DNA of 64,000 nucleotides from a virus (Duplodnaviria; Heunggongvirae; Uroviricota; Caudoviricetes): IMG/VR virus record IMGVR_UViG_2718218172_000010; one strand, 5' to 3'. Shown piece by piece: positions 61,969 to 64,000 of this stretch (position 1 is its first letter; each line of letters starts with the position of its first letter). The notes under the pieces were generated by a model. It saw only the letters and a program-made list of their open reading frames with translations, ran no database searches and was not told where the DNA came from. The position numbers and the translations under genes were made by a program.

Positions 61969-62256
61969 ATGAGTACCCGAAATATCCACGTTAACACCGC
62001 GTCGTACACGCTTCTTGTTGCCGGGAAGAAAAAAAACACCGGGGAAGAGTGGGACGTCCTGGAATTCAGCAGCCTGACTGAGCTGAAAAAATATCGCAAA
62101 AGCCACCCGGAAAAGATGGCCTTCAGCTATAGCTACGCGCTCAGCCGGGGTGTGGATACGCAGTTCCGCCATATCAACATTGCGGAAGCCGATCACTTCA
62201 AACAGTTCCTGCGTCAGATTAAGCGTGCCGACCTCGATATCCGGGCGATCTGCTGA
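61969..62256 (+). CDS. leading-region protein, 95 aa
   Basis: ATG with GAGGAGAAAG SD. Confidence 0.5.
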   Translation: MSTRNIHVNTASYTLLVAGKKKNTGEEWDVLEFSSLTELKKYRKSHPEKMAFSYSYALSRGVDTQFRHINIAEADHFKQFLRQIKRADLDIRAIC

Positions 62257-62373
62257 CCGGATGTGATGAATACCCTCCCGATTGTTGCAAACTTGTTAAT
62301 GAAAATTGGAGGGAATGATATTAAGCGGAAAAATTTTTTATTAAATTTATTCTTTCATAAAGGAGTAGCTGTT

Positions 62374-63195
62374 ATGCGATTAGCTTCCCGTTTTGGTCGG
62401 TATAATTCCATCCGCCGTGAACGTCCTTTAACGGATGATGAATTAATGCAGTTCGTGCCTTCGGTATTTTCCGGTGATAAACATGAGTCCCGGAGTGAAC
62501 GTTATACGTATATTCCAACAATCAATATCATCAATAAGTTACGTGATGAAGGTTTCCAGCCATTCTTTGCCTGTCAGAGTCGGGTTCGTGATTTGGGACG
62601 TCGCGAATACGGTAAACATATGTTACGTCTTCGCAGGGAAGGGCATATTAACGGGCAGGAAGCTCCTGAAATTATCCTGCTTAATTCACACGATGGTTCA
62701 TCCAGTTATCAGATGATCCCCGGAATTTTTCGTTTTGTCTGCACAAATGGCCTGGTGTGCGGAAATAATTTTGGCGAAATTCGCGTTCCACATAAAGGTG
62801 ATATTGTCGGGCAGGTTATCGAGGGAGCGTATGAAGTGCCCGGTGTCTTTGATAAGGTCACTGATAATATGGAGGCGATGAAAGAAATTCATCTTAACAG
62901 TGACGAGCAACATTTATTTGGCAGAGCTGCACTGATGGTCAGGTATGAAGATGAAAATAAAACGCCAGTGACGCCTGAACAAATAATTACTCCCCGTCGT
63001 CGGGAGGATAAACAGAACGATCTCTGGACAACCTGTCAGCGGGTTCAGGAGAATATGATAAAAGGTGGATTATCGGGGCGAAGTGCCTCCGGGAAAAATA
63101 CCAGGACAAGAGCCATTACAGGTATTGATGGTGATATAAGAATCAACAAGGCGTTGTGGGTGATTGCCGAACAGTTCAGAAAGTGGAAGTCATGA
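62374..63195 (+). CDS. DUF932-family leading-region protein, 273 aa (YfjQ-like)
   Basis: ATG at 62374 with AAGGAG SD (track start further upstream). Confidence 0.6.
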   Translation: MRLASRFGRYNSIRRERPLTDDELMQFVPSVFSGDKHESRSERYTYIPTINIINKLRDEGFQPFFACQSRVRDLGRREYGKHMLRLRREGHINGQEAPEIILLNSHDGSSSYQMIPGIFRFVCTNGLVCGNNFGEIRVPHKGDIVGQVIEGAYEVPGVFDKVTDNMEAMKEIHLNSDEQHLFGRAALMVRYEDENKTPVTPEQIITPRRREDKQNDLWTTCQRVQENMIKGGLSGRSASGKNTRTRAITGIDGDIRINKALWVIAEQFRKWKS

Positions 63196-63490
63196 TAATA
63201 TAAGTAAAGCCCCAAAAAATTTTCGTGGCTTTACTTATATTATCATTCTTCGGCATCGCTGTGTCGTCTGATATACATCAATTTCATCAACTGGCTTTCC
63301 GGTTGTCTGTAAATATTGTGCCCGCGAAAAATGGTCTGGCAGGAGGCTGCGCAGTTACCGGGTATATATAATATGGGTTCCCGCTTCGCGGGGCTTCGGC
63401 CAGTCAGCATTATCACTTATATGATATTTTTGTGTGTGGCCTTCCATGCCGCTTTTGCGGCATAACCGGTATCTGACAATGTCTGTAAGA

Positions 63491-64000
63491 TTAATTGTTC
63501 TGCACGCTGTTAATTTCCGGAAGTGATTTCTTTGTGACCGGAATCCGGATACCTTTACTGCTTTTTATCCCGGTATAAATCCGGTAAACATCTGATGCGT
63601 AGGCAAGACGTCTCTGGTTCTGGCGTTCGGTTTTCCTGAATCCTGCATTGTATGCACCAACGGCCTCCCAGGTGATGCCCCATTTTTTAAATGCTATTGC
63701 CAGATAATAAGCACCGGTATAAATGTTCATGCAGGGATCTGTTGTCAGATGTTCCGGATTAATTCCGTAGCGGGCCAGTTCGTTAAAATGCTGGGAATCT
63801 ACCTGCATCAGTCCGCTGCCATATCCCGTAACTGGATTAATACCGATGGCATTAACCCGGTAACGGGATTCTTTCCATGATATTGCTCTCAGTAAATCAG
63901 GATCTATTTTGTAATCCTGGCCTGCAAGATCAAAGCAATCAGTGGCATGGCAGATCTCATTTATAAACATCAGGCAGATGGCTAACATCCATTTTTTCAT
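63491..64000 (-). CDS. lytic transglycosylase, 169 aa (IncF gene X/19-like)
   Basis: Signal peptide [19 protein letters not shown]; complete ORF ending at window edge. Confidence 0.7.
   Translation of the reverse strand: MKKWMLAICLMFINEICHATDCFDLAGQDYKIDPDLLRAISWKESRYRVNAIGINPVTGYGSGLMQVDSQHFNELARYGINPEHLTTDPCMNIYTGAYYLAIAFKKWGITWEAVGAYNAGFRKTERQNQRRLAYASDVYRIYTGIKSSKGIRIPVTKKSLPEINSVQNN

Overview
The window is a scaffold of three sequence blocks separated by two runs of exactly 100 N (39090-39189 and 56190-56289), so adjacency across the gaps is unverified. Block 1 (1-39089) is the right part of a lambdoid prophage with a Rac-like early region: recE/racC leftward operon with a DicF-like sRNA candidate, repressor/Cro-like/YdaT-like immunity genes, O-like and DnaC-like replication genes, a nin-like region carrying a hokD-type toxin, and a Q-like antiterminator. 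A pertussis-toxin-like AB5 toxin pair (ArtA/ArtB-like) sits in the late-promoter moron slot, followed by a lysis cassette, terminase, head genes and a contractile-tail module with a -1 frameshift chaperone pair, two morons and a tail-fibre gene cut by the gap. Block 2 (39190-56189) starts with an IS3 right end, then an HD-domain dGTPase-like gene with a membrane-protein neighbour, H-NS-like and ProQ/FinO-like genes, and a CP4-57-like island backbone (AlpA-like, several YfjJ/YagK-like HUH paralogs, a DUF3987-like NTPase, YfjP-like GTPase, YfjR-like regulator). Its variable slot holds AT-rich orphan genes that are my best candidate for an undescribed system. Block 3 (56290-64000) is an IncF-type plasmid leading region: ssb, ParB-like nuclease, psiB, psiA, hok/mok, ORFs of 95, 273 and 169 aa, and two copies of a GC-rich repeated element. 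All calls rest on reading the supplied translations and sequence; no database searches were run, and family names come from recalled motifs.
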